Assembly (NCBI RefSeq): GCF_963921235.1 | Contig: NC_086097.1 | Span: forward strand, 19,594,001 to 19,658,000 | Source: Mobula hypostoma | Taxonomy: Eukaryota | Length of the DNA stretch: 64,000 nt | Direction: 5' to 3' | In this document: piece after piece, positions 63,531-64,000 of the stretch | Layout: each line of letters starts with the position of its first letter | How positions within the stretch are numbered: position 1 is the stretch's first letter | Translations under genes and position numbers: made by a program | The notes under the pieces: generated by a model | What the model saw: only the letters and a program-made list of their open reading frames with translations | The model's database searches: none | What the model was told of the DNA's origin: nothing

Positions 63531-64000
63531 ACCTCAGTATAGTCACACTTTTACCACTTAGCACTACATTTAACTTTTCTTTGTGTTCTAATTATGTTCC
63601 TTCTTGTCTAATTTGTTTCTCTTTTGAATATTTTGTCTTTGATGCTGCTACAAGTTTTTCATTACAACAAACTTGACTTTGCCTTTGTTTATCATTGTGT
63701 CTGTTCATGCAATAAATTTGACTTTGTTTATCGCCAGCTGCACAAGTGCAGTGAGGTGCAGTACAATAAAAATTAGCAGCAGCAGCATCGCAGGCAGCTA
63801 ACTACAGATAACGCATATTGATCATTCAAGGTGGTGAAGAGAACGGTTGTGCAGATAGGTAGATTTTTGAAAGATGAGGCGATTGAGGGCTGTGAGGATG
63901 TGGCACAGGGGAAGAGTTGAGACCTGGGGTGGATCAGTCACGATCAGACTGAAGGATGGCATGGTAGTGAACCAATTACCGTAACACTTTAGAACGGCAG

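Overview
Eukaryotic, vertebrate DNA. The repeat landscape (CR1, Rex1/Babar, Penelope-like, RTE, L1-type LINEs, V-domain tRNA SINEs) suggests a cartilaginous fish, probably a ray; that assignment is inference. The only host protein-coding gene I can support is ABCD4 (lysosomal cobalamin ABC half-transporter) on the + strand. Its coding exons 1-9 lie between 41097 and 61852, all have GT-AG boundaries, they splice into one continuous frame, and the gene continues past the window end. A CpG-rich promoter precedes exon 1. Most of the remainder is degraded transposable elements: a near-full-length CR1 nested in a Tc1 remnant, a large Penelope-like element in intron 6, a Tigger-like element, two related solo-LTR-like elements, SINEs and MITEs. 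Most ORFs in the supplied track are TE fragments or antisense noise. I found no clearly new biological system. The most notable signals are: (i) many minimal hammerhead-ribozyme motifs in Penelope-type termini, three of them on the sense strand of the ABCD4 pre-mRNA; (ii) young inverted LINE copies bracketing ABCD4 exons; (iii) CLEAR/NRF1/CRE-like motifs at ABCD4; (iv) a repeat-free island near 21.3-22.4 kb. Repeat boundaries are approximate unless TSDs/TIRs are quoted.
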